A stretch of DNA of 64,000 nt from Pseudomonadota bacterium (GCA_039180865.1 JBCDCZ010000001.1:5492-69491), one strand, 5' to 3'. Positions 28,244 to 37,940 are shown, numbered from the stretch's first letter. Numbers and translations are program-made. The notes: generated by a model from the letters alone, not told the origin.

Positions 28244-31200
28244 ATGGAACCAGTAATGTCAGAGCGCAAATCCGATTATCGGAAAAGGTTGATCAGGCAC
28301 CTGCTCTCGATTGCTGGCCTTGCAACCAGTATTGGAATTCTGACAGTCTTGCTGATTGACCACCAGTTGGAACGTCAACAGTTCCGACTGATGGTGGAAA
28401 GTGCCGAAAATCAGTCGCGCACAATAACGGCATTTCGAAGCTACTATACGCAGGAAGTCGTTCCGAAAATCCTTGAAAATTCCGATGATCTAACCTTCTC
28501 ACATGACTACCGGGAAAGCAGAAAGACGCTACCGCTTCCAGCGACAGTTACAATCGACATGGGTGCGCTACTTGCTAACACAGAAGGCGATACCGCCTTT
28601 AATCTCATCAGTGACTTTCCGTTCGAGAACCGAAAGGGACGAGTACTAAGTGCTTTCGAGAAGGAAGCCCTCTTGGGGATCATCACCCGCAAAGAAGAGA
28701 CCATCACAGATCTCGATGAAGGCGAGGACGGAAGCCGCATCCTCCAATATGCGGAACCGGTGGTGATGATGCCAGCTTGTGTGGCGTGCCATAACACGCA
28801 TCCCCTATCGCAGAAGAAAGATTGGAAGGTTGGCGATGTTCGCGGCATTCAGACCGTCACCATCAGGGCCACTCCGGAAGCCTTTCGTTCTCTAGAAGAT
28901 TGGTATCCGCTGATTGGATTTTACAGCCTGACGATACTGGGCGTTCTCGCGGCCGTTGCCGGACTATCGGTTCGAAACCAAAGATACATAACCGAGCTGC
29001 AGGACAATGCTGAAAGAGAAAAACAAAGCCGCGCAGATCTGAAAGACATCACCCGGCAATTCATCGAGCTTGAAGAGACGCTGAGCGATGCGATCGCCTC
29101 GCTGCCGGATGGGTTCGTCATCTACGATCGCAACGACCGCCTCGTTATGTGCAACGAGAAATACCGAGAGTTTTACAGTAAGAGCGCAGATCTACTCGTT
29201 CCAGGGCGCACTTTTGAGGAGATCATCCGGCGCGGGGTCGAACGCGGCCAGTATCCGGAAGCGGACGGGCAGGAAGATTCCTGGATTTCCGAACGGCTTG
29301 AGATCCACAAAAGCCCCGTCGCACCGATCGAGCAGAGGCTTGATGATGGTCGATGGCTAAGGATTTTTGAGAGACCAACCAAGCAGGGAGGGATCGTCGG
29401 TTTCCGCGTCGATATTACCGAGCTCAAGCGGCGTGAAATCCAACTTCAAGCCCAACGCGCGCAGTTGGCAGCAACAATCGACACGGCACTCGATGCGATC
29501 ATCATCATTGATTCAAACGGTGTGATCATAGAGTTCAATCCGGCGGCGACGGCCATATTCGGTTACACGCGTGACGAATGCGTTGGGCAGAAGATGAGTG
29601 ATCTGATTGTGCCCGACCGGCATAAAGATGCTCATGAAGCCGGGATGGACAGGTTCAGGCGCACAAGGATCGGCAAGATCCTTGGAACCCGTGTGACGAT
29701 TGAGGCGATTTGCAAGGATGGTTCGGAGATCACAATCGAACTTGCGATCAATCCCGCCGAGGGCGATTCCGGCACGATTTTTGTCGGCTATATGCGAGAC
29801 ATCACGGACGATCTTGCCCAAAAGAAAGCGCTCGAAGAGGCAAAAGAAGCGGCAGAACAAGCGACACAGACAAAAGCGGCCTTTCTCGCCGTCGTGAGCC
29901 ATGAAATCCGCACGCCGCTCAACGGCGTTCTCGGTCTCCTAGATCTGATTGACAGTTCAACGAAAGATGAAAAGGTCAAGAATTACGCAAAAACAGCGAT
30001 TGAGAGCGCTGACGCCCTGGCAACGCTGCTGAACGATATCCTCGATTATACAAAGCTCGAAGAAGGCGAAATCACCGTCATGCAGACGGCTTTCAACTTT
30101 CGCACCTTCGCAGAAGGAACTCTGGATTTGATGCGTCCCCTGGCGCATGAGAAAAACCTCGTCCTCGGTCTGGAGATTGACGAGGCAGTTCCGGCATTCA
30201 TCGTCGAGGACCAGGTCCGCTTGCGGCAGATCGTTCTCAACCTCATCGCGAACGCGATCAAGTTTACCGAGACCGGCAGCGTGCAACTGCGGGCCAAACT
30301 GCTTGATGACGAAGAAGTGCCCCTTCTGTCAATCGAGGTGGAAGATACCGGCATCGGTATCGACGATGAGCATCTTCCTTTGGTCTTCGAGCAGTTCAAA
30401 ACACTGGATACCTCCTATGAACGCAAGGAGGGTGGAACCGGTCTTGGCCTTGCGATTTCCAGAGGTCTTTCCAACTTGTTGGGCGGTCAGCTCAGGGCAA
30501 ACAGCAAACCAGGCGAAGGCAGTACTTTCTCGCTAACACTACCAATATCGAAACCTGATCAAACGCCCGAGGAAGCACATGCCTCCAACATTGGCGAGAT
30601 CAAATTCCGGCTTCTCGAAGGGAGGAAAGTTCTGCTCGCTGAAGACAATCTCACCAACAATCTTGTGATGTCGGATATGCTCGAAAATGAGGGGGCCAGC
30701 GTCACGTCAGTTGCCAACGGCAAAGACGCCTTGATGGAGTGCGAAAAGACCGCATTCGACCTCATTATACTGGATATCTCCATGCCGGTAATGGATGGCA
30801 AAAAATCAGTAAAATTGCTTCGTGAAAAGGGGCACAAAGAACCAATCCTGGCGTTTACCGCCTACACCCAGTCCGAACTCCGCCCGAGTTTCATTGAAGC
30901 AGGCTTCACCGATATCCTGCTGAAGCCGGCGCGGAGGCGGGACCTTGAAGAAGTCATTATGACACTCCACGAGAGCGATCTTTTTGGTCAGCAAGCAAAG
31001 ACGGATGACAACGATAAAAAATCGCCAAGCCCCGAACCTGGCGACATTGATATGACGGAATTTGAACGCGTCATCGCCAGCACATCCGGCGAAATTAGAC
31101 ACCGATTGATTGAAGCCTGCATTGCGGATCTCCAATCCCATACAGAACAAGCAATGAGTGCGGCAGGTGGCGGCAGAACCGAGGATATCAGCCGTCATGC

Positions 31201-31426
31201 CCATGCTATCAAAGGGGTGGCGGCGACCTTCGGGTTTGCGCAGCTCCAGGAGGCGGCAGCGCGTTTGTCAGACGGAACGGTTCACCTGGCACCAAGTGAG
31301 TGGGTCGCGGAAACTCAACACATGTCAGAGATCACGGAAAGAACACGCAATGCGATCAGCACATGGTTTTCGACCAAAAACACTGCATTAGAAGACACAT
31401 CCGATTTTGAGAGCACTTTGTCATGA
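28244..31426 (+). CDS. Hybrid sensor histidine kinase with a periplasmic CxxCH (haem-c type, DUF3365-like) domain, PAS, HisKA, HATPase, REC and Hpt modules
   Basis: 1060 aa. TM1, then a ~180-aa periplasmic segment containing PACVACHNTHP, then TM2. Two PAS-like regions follow, then the H-box (VVSHEIRTPLNG), G-boxes (GTGLGLAIS), a receiver (LLAEDN...DLIILDISMP) and an Hpt (HAHAIKGVAATFG). Confidence 0.85.
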   Translation: MEPVMSERKSDYRKRLIRHLLSIAGLATSIGILTVLLIDHQLERQQFRLMVESAENQSRTITAFRSYYTQEVVPKILENSDDLTFSHDYRESRKTLPLPATVTIDMGALLANTEGDTAFNLISDFPFENRKGRVLSAFEKEALLGIITRKEETITDLDEGEDGSRILQYAEPVVMMPACVACHNTHPLSQKKDWKVGDVRGIQTVTIRATPEAFRSLEDWYPLIGFYSLTILGVLAAVAGLSVRNQRYITELQDNAEREKQSRADLKDITRQFIELEETLSDAIASLPDGFVIYDRNDRLVMCNEKYREFYSKSADLLVPGRTFEEIIRRGVERGQYPEADGQEDSWISERLEIHKSPVAPIEQRLDDGRWLRIFERPTKQGGIVGFRVDITELKRREIQLQAQRAQLAATIDTALDAIIIIDSNGVIIEFNPAATAIFGYTRDECVGQKMSDLIVPDRHKDAHEAGMDRFRRTRIGKILGTRVTIEAICKDGSEITIELAINPAEGDSGTIFVGYMRDITDDLAQKKALEEAKEAAEQATQTKAAFLAVVSHEIRTPLNGVLGLLDLIDSSTKDEKVKNYAKTAIESADALATLLNDILDYTKLEEGEITVMQTAFNFRTFAEGTLDLMRPLAHEKNLVLGLEIDEAVPAFIVEDQVRLRQIVLNLIANAIKFTETGSVQLRAKLLDDEEVPLLSIEVEDTGIGIDDEHLPLVFEQFKTLDTSYERKEGGTGLGLAISRGLSNLLGGQLRANSKPGEGSTFSLTLPISKPDQTPEEAHASNIGEIKFRLLEGRKVLLAEDNLTNNLVMSDMLENEGASVTSVANGKDALMECEKTAFDLIILDISMPVMDGKKSVKLLREKGHKEPILAFTAYTQSELRPSFIEAGFTDILLKPARRRDLEEVIMTLHESDLFGQQAKTDDNDKKSPSPEPGDIDMTEFERVIASTSGEIRHRLIEACIADLQSHTEQAMSAAGGGRTEDISRHAHAIKGVAATFGFAQLQEAAARLSDGTVHLAPSEWVAETQHMSEITERTRNAISTWFSTKNTALEDTSDFESTLS

Positions 31427-32913
31427 TGGATAAGCACATGAACAATAAACGCGTCCTGATCGTCGAAGATACGCCGACGCTTGCAATGATCTACCAAGAC
31501 CAACTCGAGAAAGCAGGGTTTGAAACTGACCTGGCTGAGACAGCCGAGCAGGCACTCAAACGATTGCAAGAGGATGACTTTGTAGTGATGCTTCTCGATC
31601 TCCAATTGCCCGATAGTGATGGTTGCACCGTGCTGGATAGGCTAAGCGAAAGCAAACGCTCACCGGCAACAATCATCATCACCGCACATGGTTCAATCAA
31701 CAAAGCGGTCGAGGCCATGCGGCTCGGCGCGCAGAATTTTCTTATGAAGCCGGTCTCGGAAGCAAAACTCATCGCAGCGGTTGAAAACGCCATCGAGGCG
31801 GATCGGATCGTTCGGACAAGCGACCAAGTCGCGATTACCGAGGCCAGTCCAAAGAAGACTGTTTCCGGACTAATCGGCGACGCACCCGTGATGCAGAATC
31901 TCTCCGCAATGATCGGCTCCATGGCACCGTCCATGGCTCCAGTATTCATTACCGGTGAAAGCGGTACGGGGAAGGAAGTCTGCGCGGAAGCCATCCATCG
32001 CTCCAGTCCCCGTGCCAAAGGCCCTTTCATGGCCGTCAACTGCGCAGCCATTCCGAAAGACCTGATCGAGTCAGAGCTTTTCGGGCACAAGAAAGGATCC
32101 TTCACCGGAGCCACATCCGACCGCAAGGGCGCTGTCATGAGCGCAAGTGGCGGGACTTTGTTTCTCGACGAAATCTGCGAGATGGACATCTCCTTGCAAG
32201 CAAAGCTGCTTCGCTTCCTTCAAACCGGTCAGATCCAACGGGTCGGCGACGATGCAGTCTTCGATGCCGATGTCAGAATCGTCTGCGCGACCAACCGCAT
32301 ACCCGTCACCGAGGTTGCAGAAGGTCGTTTCCGCGAAGACCTCTATTATCGCCTGCACGTTTTGGCTCTTCAGCTTCCAGCTCTCAGAGAACGCGGCAAT
32401 GATGTTGTTAAACTTGCCCAACACTTTCTGAGACGCGCTGCCGAGGTGGAAGGTAAAGCTTTCAACGCCTTCTCTACAGAGGCTCAAGAATGGCTCTTGA
32501 AGCATCCCTGGCCCGGCAATGTGCGGCAGCTTGAAAACCTGATCCGCGCCGTGGTCGTTCTGAACACAGGCGATGCCATCACTGAGGAGATGCTCTCTCG
32601 TGCAATGCCGCCGATACCGCTTGCATCGCAAAACAATCTGGTCGGAACGCCCGGTTTCATCGTGCCACAAAACAGCTCTTCCGCAGCGGGTATTCATGCA
32701 AACTCTGCGAACAGCACCACGCTCACTGATACCAGCATGGTAATCGACTTCGCGCGCCCGTTTCAGGATATCGAGCGCGATATTATCGAGCGGGCGATCG
32801 ACTATTGCCAAGGTTCGTTGCCGAACGCGGCACGATTACTTGGTATGAGCCCGTCAACGCTTTATCGAAAACGTGAAGCATGGGAAAAGGCGCCCGACAA
32901 AGCAAGCGCCTGA
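31423..32913 (+). CDS. NtrC-family sigma54-dependent response regulator (AlgB-like)
   Basis: 496 aa. REC (VLIVEDT...LLDLQLPD), AAA+ with GESGTGKE and the GAFTGA-type loop (ESELFGHKKGSFTGA), and a C-terminal Fis-type HTH (AARLLGMSPSTLYRK). ATGA overlap with the kinase gene. Confidence 0.9.
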   Translation: MMDKHMNNKRVLIVEDTPTLAMIYQDQLEKAGFETDLAETAEQALKRLQEDDFVVMLLDLQLPDSDGCTVLDRLSESKRSPATIIITAHGSINKAVEAMRLGAQNFLMKPVSEAKLIAAVENAIEADRIVRTSDQVAITEASPKKTVSGLIGDAPVMQNLSAMIGSMAPSMAPVFITGESGTGKEVCAEAIHRSSPRAKGPFMAVNCAAIPKDLIESELFGHKKGSFTGATSDRKGAVMSASGGTLFLDEICEMDISLQAKLLRFLQTGQIQRVGDDAVFDADVRIVCATNRIPVTEVAEGRFREDLYYRLHVLALQLPALRERGNDVVKLAQHFLRRAAEVEGKAFNAFSTEAQEWLLKHPWPGNVRQLENLIRAVVVLNTGDAITEEMLSRAMPPIPLASQNNLVGTPGFIVPQNSSSAAGIHANSANSTTLTDTSMVIDFARPFQDIERDIIERAIDYCQGSLPNAARLLGMSPSTLYRKREAWEKAPDKASA

Positions 32914-32924
32914 TACTTTGATGC

Positions 32925-34415
32925 TTAAGCTGCGGCCGTTTTTTCGGCATCCGGATGATCGGTCCGATTGCGACCATAGACATCTTCAAGGCGGATGATG
33001 TCGTCTTCGCCGAAGTATGTCCCGGTCTGAACCTCAATCATAACGATTGGATCGCTGCCGAAGTTCTCCAGCCGGTGCACAGCTCCAAGTGGAATATGGA
33101 CATGGCCACCCGCTTTCAGATGTTGAACATCATCATCAATGGTGACCGTCGCCTCTCCCTGAACGATAATCCAATGCTCGGCACGATATTGGTGCTTTTG
33201 TAATGACAGGCGACCGCCGGGATTAACTTCGATCATCTTCACCTGATGCTGGGTACCATTGTGTAGCGGCGCGAAGCGACCCCACGGGCGCACTTCACCG
33301 GGATGCTTCAAGACCTCAGGCGTCTGCTCGTCTATCATGTGTTGGACACATGTTTTCAACTCGCCCACCCGATCTTTACTGGTCACCAGAACGGCATCTT
33401 TGGTCGAGACAACGATGCAGTCCTCCATCCCAACGACAGTGGTGAGACGATCCGGGCTGTGAACATGGCAATTGCGGTTTTCGTGACCCACCACATTACC
33501 GTGAGTTGAATTGCCGAGATCATCTTTCTCGACCTGGCCCGCAACCGCATCCCAGGTCCCGAGATCGTCCCAGTCGCACTCAAATGGAACGACTGCAACC
33601 CGGCTACTTAACTCCATAACCGCATAATCGATCGAGATCTTGGCAACGGACGCAAAGAATTGCTTGTTTGGTCGAACAATGTGGCCCGCGATTTCGGCTT
33701 TCGAGAGCGCGTTTCGCGTGCCACGAAACAGATCCGGACAAAGCCATGCCGTCTCCCGGAGAAAACTTCTGACCGGGAAGAGAAACATACCGCTGTTCCA
33801 AAAATAATCGCCGCTTGCAAGGAAAGCTTTTGCAACATCTGCAATCGGCTTTTCGATGAAACTTGCCACCTTGTTTGCGGGCAAACTGAAAAGCTGCCTG
33901 CCGCGTTTGATGTAGCCATACTCGGTGGCCGCACGGGTCGGCGTAATTCCAAAGGTAACCAGACGGTTGACTTGCTGAGCCGTGTGCATACCAGACCGGA
34001 CCATCGCATGAAATGCGTCCTGATCACTGATGACCTGATCGCTTGGGAAAACCGCCATAAGATCACTGTCGCGTAAAAAGTCCGAACAATAGTGGGCGGC
34101 GATCACGATAGCAGCAGCCGTATCACGCGAACACGGTTCCGCAATGATCACTCGTGGTTCAATACCGATCTCCGCAAGCTGCGCCTCGGCAAGCATGCGA
34201 TGCCCTTCACCGACGACGACAACTGGACACTCGAAAAGCTCCGGCTCAGAGCAACGCTTCACCGTGTGCTGAAAAAGCGAAAGTGCGCCATCAAGCTTGA
34301 TAAAGGGCTTCGGACAATCGGGTCGGGACACCGGCCAAAGCCGGACGCCGGACCCACCTGCAAGAATGACTGGAACAATTCTAGCCGTCTGTTTTGAGCT
34401 TGTTGAATTGATCAT
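32925..34415 (-). CDS. Bifunctional mannose-1-phosphate guanylyltransferase / mannose-6-phosphate isomerase (AlgA/ManC type)
   Basis: ORF 32925..34457. The ATG at 34415 follows an AGGAGG RBS. It has the IVPVILAGGSGVRLWPVSR nucleotidyltransferase motif and a C-terminal type II PMI cupin (RPWGRF...GRLSLQKHQYRAEHWIIVQGEA). Confidence 0.85.
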   Translation of the reverse strand: MINSTSSKQTARIVPVILAGGSGVRLWPVSRPDCPKPFIKLDGALSLFQHTVKRCSEPELFECPVVVVGEGHRMLAEAQLAEIGIEPRVIIAEPCSRDTAAAIVIAAHYCSDFLRDSDLMAVFPSDQVISDQDAFHAMVRSGMHTAQQVNRLVTFGITPTRAATEYGYIKRGRQLFSLPANKVASFIEKPIADVAKAFLASGDYFWNSGMFLFPVRSFLRETAWLCPDLFRGTRNALSKAEIAGHIVRPNKQFFASVAKISIDYAVMELSSRVAVVPFECDWDDLGTWDAVAGQVEKDDLGNSTHGNVVGHENRNCHVHSPDRLTTVVGMEDCIVVSTKDAVLVTSKDRVGELKTCVQHMIDEQTPEVLKHPGEVRPWGRFAPLHNGTQHQVKMIEVNPGGRLSLQKHQYRAEHWIIVQGEATVTIDDDVQHLKAGGHVHIPLGAVHRLENFGSDPIVMIEVQTGTYFGEDDIIRLEDVYGRNRTDHPDAEKTAAA

Positions 34416-34448
34416 GACAAACCTCCTTGTTGGTTTGCCTAATGGTCC

Positions 34449-34463
34449 GCAATTCACAGGCCA
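34449..34463 (-). promoter_or_regulatory. sigma54-type (-24/-12) promoter for the algA-like gene
   Basis: The minus strand reads TGGCCTGTGAATTGC, with GG and GC at the canonical spacing. It lies about 34 nt upstream of the ATG at 34415. Confidence 0.5.
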
Positions 34464-34553
34464 GATCCCAGACGATCAAACGAATTGAAACTAAAGTATT
34501 GAAAATAAAAGGTTTTAAATCCTGCAACTCGAATCTGACTGCGTTTTTATCCA

Positions 34554-34568
34554 TTGCAAAACGCAAAT
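34554..34568. promoter_or_regulatory. TTGCA-type motif copy (degenerate)
   Basis: TTGCAAAACGCAAAT lies between the two divergent sigma54-type promoters. Confidence 0.3.
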
Positions 34569-34596
34569 CGGCCTCTCTCGACGTGTCGGACGATCC

Positions 34597-34609
34597 TTGC
34601 AAATTGCAA
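34597..34609. promoter_or_regulatory. TTGCAAATTGCAA palindromic motif (candidate activator or operator site)
   Basis: Two self-complementary TTGCAA hexamers separated by 1 nt, about 30 bp upstream of the -24 element at 34640. The same 13-mer recurs at 37987. Confidence 0.4.
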
Positions 34610-34639
34610 TTCTTGCGCCCGCAAAGACGCGAAAATTTC

Positions 34640-34655
34640 TGGCATGGCGTTTGCT
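34640..34655 (+). promoter_or_regulatory. sigma54-type (-24/-12) promoter for the alg44-like operon
   Basis: TGGCATGGCGTTTGCT compared with the consensus TGGCACG-N4-TTGCW. It lies about 65 nt upstream of the ATG at 34721. Confidence 0.6.
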
Positions 34656-34720
34656 GATCTAAGGGCGAAGTCATTCTGCAACACGGCCCTGAAAACGCCG
34701 TGAAAGCGAAAGAGGCTGTT

Positions 34721-36334
34721 ATGAAAATCATACGGGAAAAGCCCTGCCAAAGGCGCCATCACCGGGTTACCGCACCGTTGAAGGTGACTCTGTATGAAGG
34801 CCGTTCCTACATGGCGACCGATTGGAGCTTGGGTGGCCTTCGGATCGATAATATTGAAGGCGAACTGCCAGAGGTGGAGAGCCCGCTAGACCTTGAACTG
34901 GAATTGCCGTTTCAAGGGTTCGACATCTCATTTTCAGTTAAATCCAAGGTCGTTCGGAGAGATCGCGATCGCGGAATGATCGCGGTCGAGTTCACCGAGT
35001 TATCGGAGCGTGGCAGAGATCTCCTCAGTCATTTCATCGAAGATCTGATCCGCGGAAAGATGGGCAGTGTTGAAGACGCTATCTGCCGGATCGATATTCC
35101 CGTCACTCCGATCTCGACCAAACCGGACGTCAATCCAAGCGCGGATGTTCCAACAAGGCGGTGGCCAATCAAGACAATCGTGATGACCGGCTTTTACATC
35201 ACCTTTGGCTTGGCGGTCTTTGGCTATGCGGCTTTGCTGACCTACAGCACTGTGATGCGTCTTGAAGTGAAGAGCGCAGTTTTATCGGCACCGCTCACCA
35301 CCTTGAAGATGCCGGTTGATGGTTTTCTGGTTCCCGTTTCCCTTGAAGAGGGTCAGACAGTCAGAAAAGGCGACCTGATCGCCCGCATTGAAAACCCCGC
35401 GCTTAATCAACGCATCGAGGAAACCCGTCTGCGCGTCGCCCGGGCCCGCGATAGTCTCTTTCACAAGGAACAAAAGGTTCGGATCGAGAAAGAGCGTATG
35501 AAGCTCTATCGGTTGGTGAGCGATACCAACCACGAAATTGCCGCCGCGAAACTCGATGCCCATCGCGCAGAGATGAAAGCAGCCGATGGGCACTACCTGC
35601 GCATATCGAAGCTCGCAAAAGAAGGCTTTGCAACCACGGCAATGATATCGGAAGCCCGAAAAAGGCAGGAAGAGGCTGAAGCGAAAGTACGCGAAGCCGA
35701 ACTCATCCTCGAACGAACAACCGCCATGAAAAGGGTCTCGGGCCGAAGGCATTACAACCACAAAGTCTTCGTCTCCGATCTGGATATGATGCAAGTCGAG
35801 CTCAGTGAAGCACGCGCTCACCTGGAGACGGAAGAGACAAGACTGGCGCACCTTATGCGGGTGAGAACCGCGCAGATCATCCGGTCTCCTGCCAATGGCC
35901 AGATCGTCTCGATATTTCAATCTCCCGATGCGGCGGTGAGCCGCCATGATCCATTGATGACGATTGAAATCTCAGACCAACTCTCGGTAACAGCCTTCCT
36001 CGATCAAGAAGAGGTCCTGCAAGTGGGGCTTTCCGATGAAGCATCAATCTACATACCTGGCCTGAATGAACATCTCACCGCAAAGGTCACAGCGATCGAC
36101 AGAAACGCAGCCTTTCTAGACCCGCAGGCAAACCACTACACATGGCGTGCGGAGGACGCCCGCACAGCGGCTGTTTCACTCAAGTTTACAGCTACTCCGC
36201 AGCAGATCGAGGACATGAGAGCGGGCCTTCCCGCCGTGGTCATCTTCTCAAAACGCACCACGAATGACATCTACGGTCGTTTGAGCCGGCTTTTCTCGCG
36301 CGGTGAAGAGATTAGAGATGGCACGGACATCTGA
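34721..36334 (+). CDS. alg44: Alg44-like co-polymerase: N-terminal PilZ (c-di-GMP receptor) + TM + HlyD-type periplasmic adaptor
   Basis: ORF 34700..36334. The ATG at 34721 follows an AAGAGG RBS. PilZ motifs are RRHHR (RxxxR) and DWSLGG (DxSxxG). A TM (IVMTGFYITFGLAVFGYAALL) and a long coiled-coil/barrel-sandwich region follow. Confidence 0.75.
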   Translation: MKIIREKPCQRRHHRVTAPLKVTLYEGRSYMATDWSLGGLRIDNIEGELPEVESPLDLELELPFQGFDISFSVKSKVVRRDRDRGMIAVEFTELSERGRDLLSHFIEDLIRGKMGSVEDAICRIDIPVTPISTKPDVNPSADVPTRRWPIKTIVMTGFYITFGLAVFGYAALLTYSTVMRLEVKSAVLSAPLTTLKMPVDGFLVPVSLEEGQTVRKGDLIARIENPALNQRIEETRLRVARARDSLFHKEQKVRIEKERMKLYRLVSDTNHEIAAAKLDAHRAEMKAADGHYLRISKLAKEGFATTAMISEARKRQEEAEAKVREAELILERTTAMKRVSGRRHYNHKVFVSDLDMMQVELSEARAHLETEETRLAHLMRVRTAQIIRSPANGQIVSIFQSPDAAVSRHDPLMTIEISDQLSVTAFLDQEEVLQVGLSDEASIYIPGLNEHLTAKVTAIDRNAAFLDPQANHYTWRAEDARTAAVSLKFTATPQQIEDMRAGLPAVVIFSKRTTNDIYGRLSRLFSRGEEIRDGTDI

Positions 36335-37940
36335 TTTCGAAGCCCGTCTTGAGGCACTGAAGCTCGAGCAAACCACCAGCATCGACGATCCGACGGACTG
36401 GCGCGGAGGATGGCACAAGTGGACACCTTTGGTGCTGTTGAAGGTCGCAATCTACTTTGCCTGTTGCCTGATCGGCATTCTGACCATCCCCAATGTGATA
36501 TGGGACATCGAGGCGAAAGTGTTCACACTCGTCATCGGCGGCCTTGGAATATGGCGCTATGGCTGGTGGTTCACTCATGCCGTTCGCGCTTTCATTTACG
36601 GACGGTTTGTCTATCCGAAAATGCGCGAAGCTGCCCATGAGATCTGGGATCGCGGGTGGCGGCCGCGGCACCTCCACTTCATGATGACAACCTACAAAGA
36701 GCACCGCACGATCACCGAAATGGTTGTGAGATCCATCGTAAACGAGATCACGGAATCGGGGGTGCCCGGAACGATCTGGCTCGGCTCATCGGACCGTTTC
36801 GACGAAGACATCATCTCAGACTTTCTCTTGCGCGAGGCGCAGGACGTGGATGTGACTTTGCGGATCATCCGCCAAAATATTTCCGGAAAACGCGCTGCTA
36901 TCGGCCTGGTCCTTCGGGCGATGAACAGGCTGCCGGTCGATAAGGATGACCTCGTCATTTTCATGGATGGCGACTTTATTCTTGATCAGGGCGCGGTCAG
37001 CCGCTGCTTGCCGCTTTTCAAGCTTTACCCGGACCTGCAGGCCTGCACGACGGATGAGGAGGTCATCTGCATCGGTCCGCGGTGGATCGAAAACTGGCTG
37101 AAGATGCGGTTTGCACAAAGACGCCTGGCCATGCAGTCGCATGCCTTATCGGGCCGTGTCCTGACCTTGACTGGCCGGATGTCCGTCTTCCGCGCAAGAC
37201 ACTTGCTTAGGCTTGAATTCATCCGTCTCCTGGAAGCCGATCACCTGTCGCACTGGCTTTGGGGCACATTCCGCTTCTTGTCCGGCGATGACAAAAGCAC
37301 CTGGTACTACATGATGAAGCACAAGGCCCATATGCGCTACGTCCCAGATGCCATGGGCTACACTGTCGAAGTCATCGAAGGGTCCGGCCTGGAGCGCATG
37401 GTCCAGAACTTCCGGCGCTGGTCTGGCAACATGCTGAGAAACGGCGCCCGCGCAATCGCACTTGGCCCGCGTCACATGCCCTTTTTCATCTGGTGGTGCC
37501 TGATCGATCAGCGCCTTTCCATGTGGACTATGCTTGTCAGTCCGGTGCTTGCGGTTTCTGCGACCTTTATCGTCGGTCCCGCATATCTTCTATCTTATGT
37601 GATCTTCATAGCTGTCAGCCGCATGTTGCTGTCATTGTTCCTCTTTAGCTATTCGCGGCGGGTCATTCTCCATTATCCGTGGATCCTTTATTTCAATCAG
37701 CTCATAAATGCGGCCGTAAAAGTCTATTGCATCTTCCGACTATCGAAACAGAGATGGTCAAACAGGGGCAACCAGAGTGCCGGTCTCGATGGTGGATCGC
37801 TTGTCGAGCTCGCACGCAATACAATGGCACAATGGTGCACGGCCGTGGCGGTCGCTCTGCTCTTCCTCGGCACGATCCATTACACGCGTCTGATCGATCC
37901 GCCTTCTTTTAAAATGCTCGCAGATATCACCGGCCTCTGA
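36318..37940 (+). CDS. alg8: Alg8-like family-2 glycosyltransferase (processive polysaccharide synthase)
   Basis: ORF 36303..37940, overlapping the alg44-like stop. Segments recalled as Alg8-typical are GIWRYGWW, MRFAQRRLAMQSHALSGRVLTLTGRMSVFRA, FLSGDDKSTW, RRWSGNMLRN, LIDQRLSMWT and YFNQLINAAVKVYCIFRLSKQRW. Confidence 0.75.
   Translation: MARTSDFEARLEALKLEQTTSIDDPTDWRGGWHKWTPLVLLKVAIYFACCLIGILTIPNVIWDIEAKVFTLVIGGLGIWRYGWWFTHAVRAFIYGRFVYPKMREAAHEIWDRGWRPRHLHFMMTTYKEHRTITEMVVRSIVNEITESGVPGTIWLGSSDRFDEDIISDFLLREAQDVDVTLRIIRQNISGKRAAIGLVLRAMNRLPVDKDDLVIFMDGDFILDQGAVSRCLPLFKLYPDLQACTTDEEVICIGPRWIENWLKMRFAQRRLAMQSHALSGRVLTLTGRMSVFRARHLLRLEFIRLLEADHLSHWLWGTFRFLSGDDKSTWYYMMKHKAHMRYVPDAMGYTVEVIEGSGLERMVQNFRRWSGNMLRNGARAIALGPRHMPFFIWWCLIDQRLSMWTMLVSPVLAVSATFIVGPAYLLSYVIFIAVSRMLLSLFLFSYSRRVILHYPWILYFNQLINAAVKVYCIFRLSKQRWSNRGNQSAGLDGGSLVELARNTMAQWCTAVAVALLFLGTIHYTRLIDPPSFKMLADITGL

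Noticed and set aside
31491-32811. Two long minus-strand ORFs (232 and 246 aa) inside the sigma54-activator gene
   Set aside because: The plus-strand frame encodes a complete REC-AAA+-HTH protein with all signature motifs. The antisense ORFs show no motifs.
35282-35947. 221-aa minus-strand ORF within the alg44-like gene. Similar antisense ORFs lie at 38721..39383, 47272..47982, 52175..52735, 13769..14272 and 17590..18252.
   Set aside because: All lie opposite well-supported genes, lack RBS and start context, and have arginine/serine-rich shadow-frame composition.
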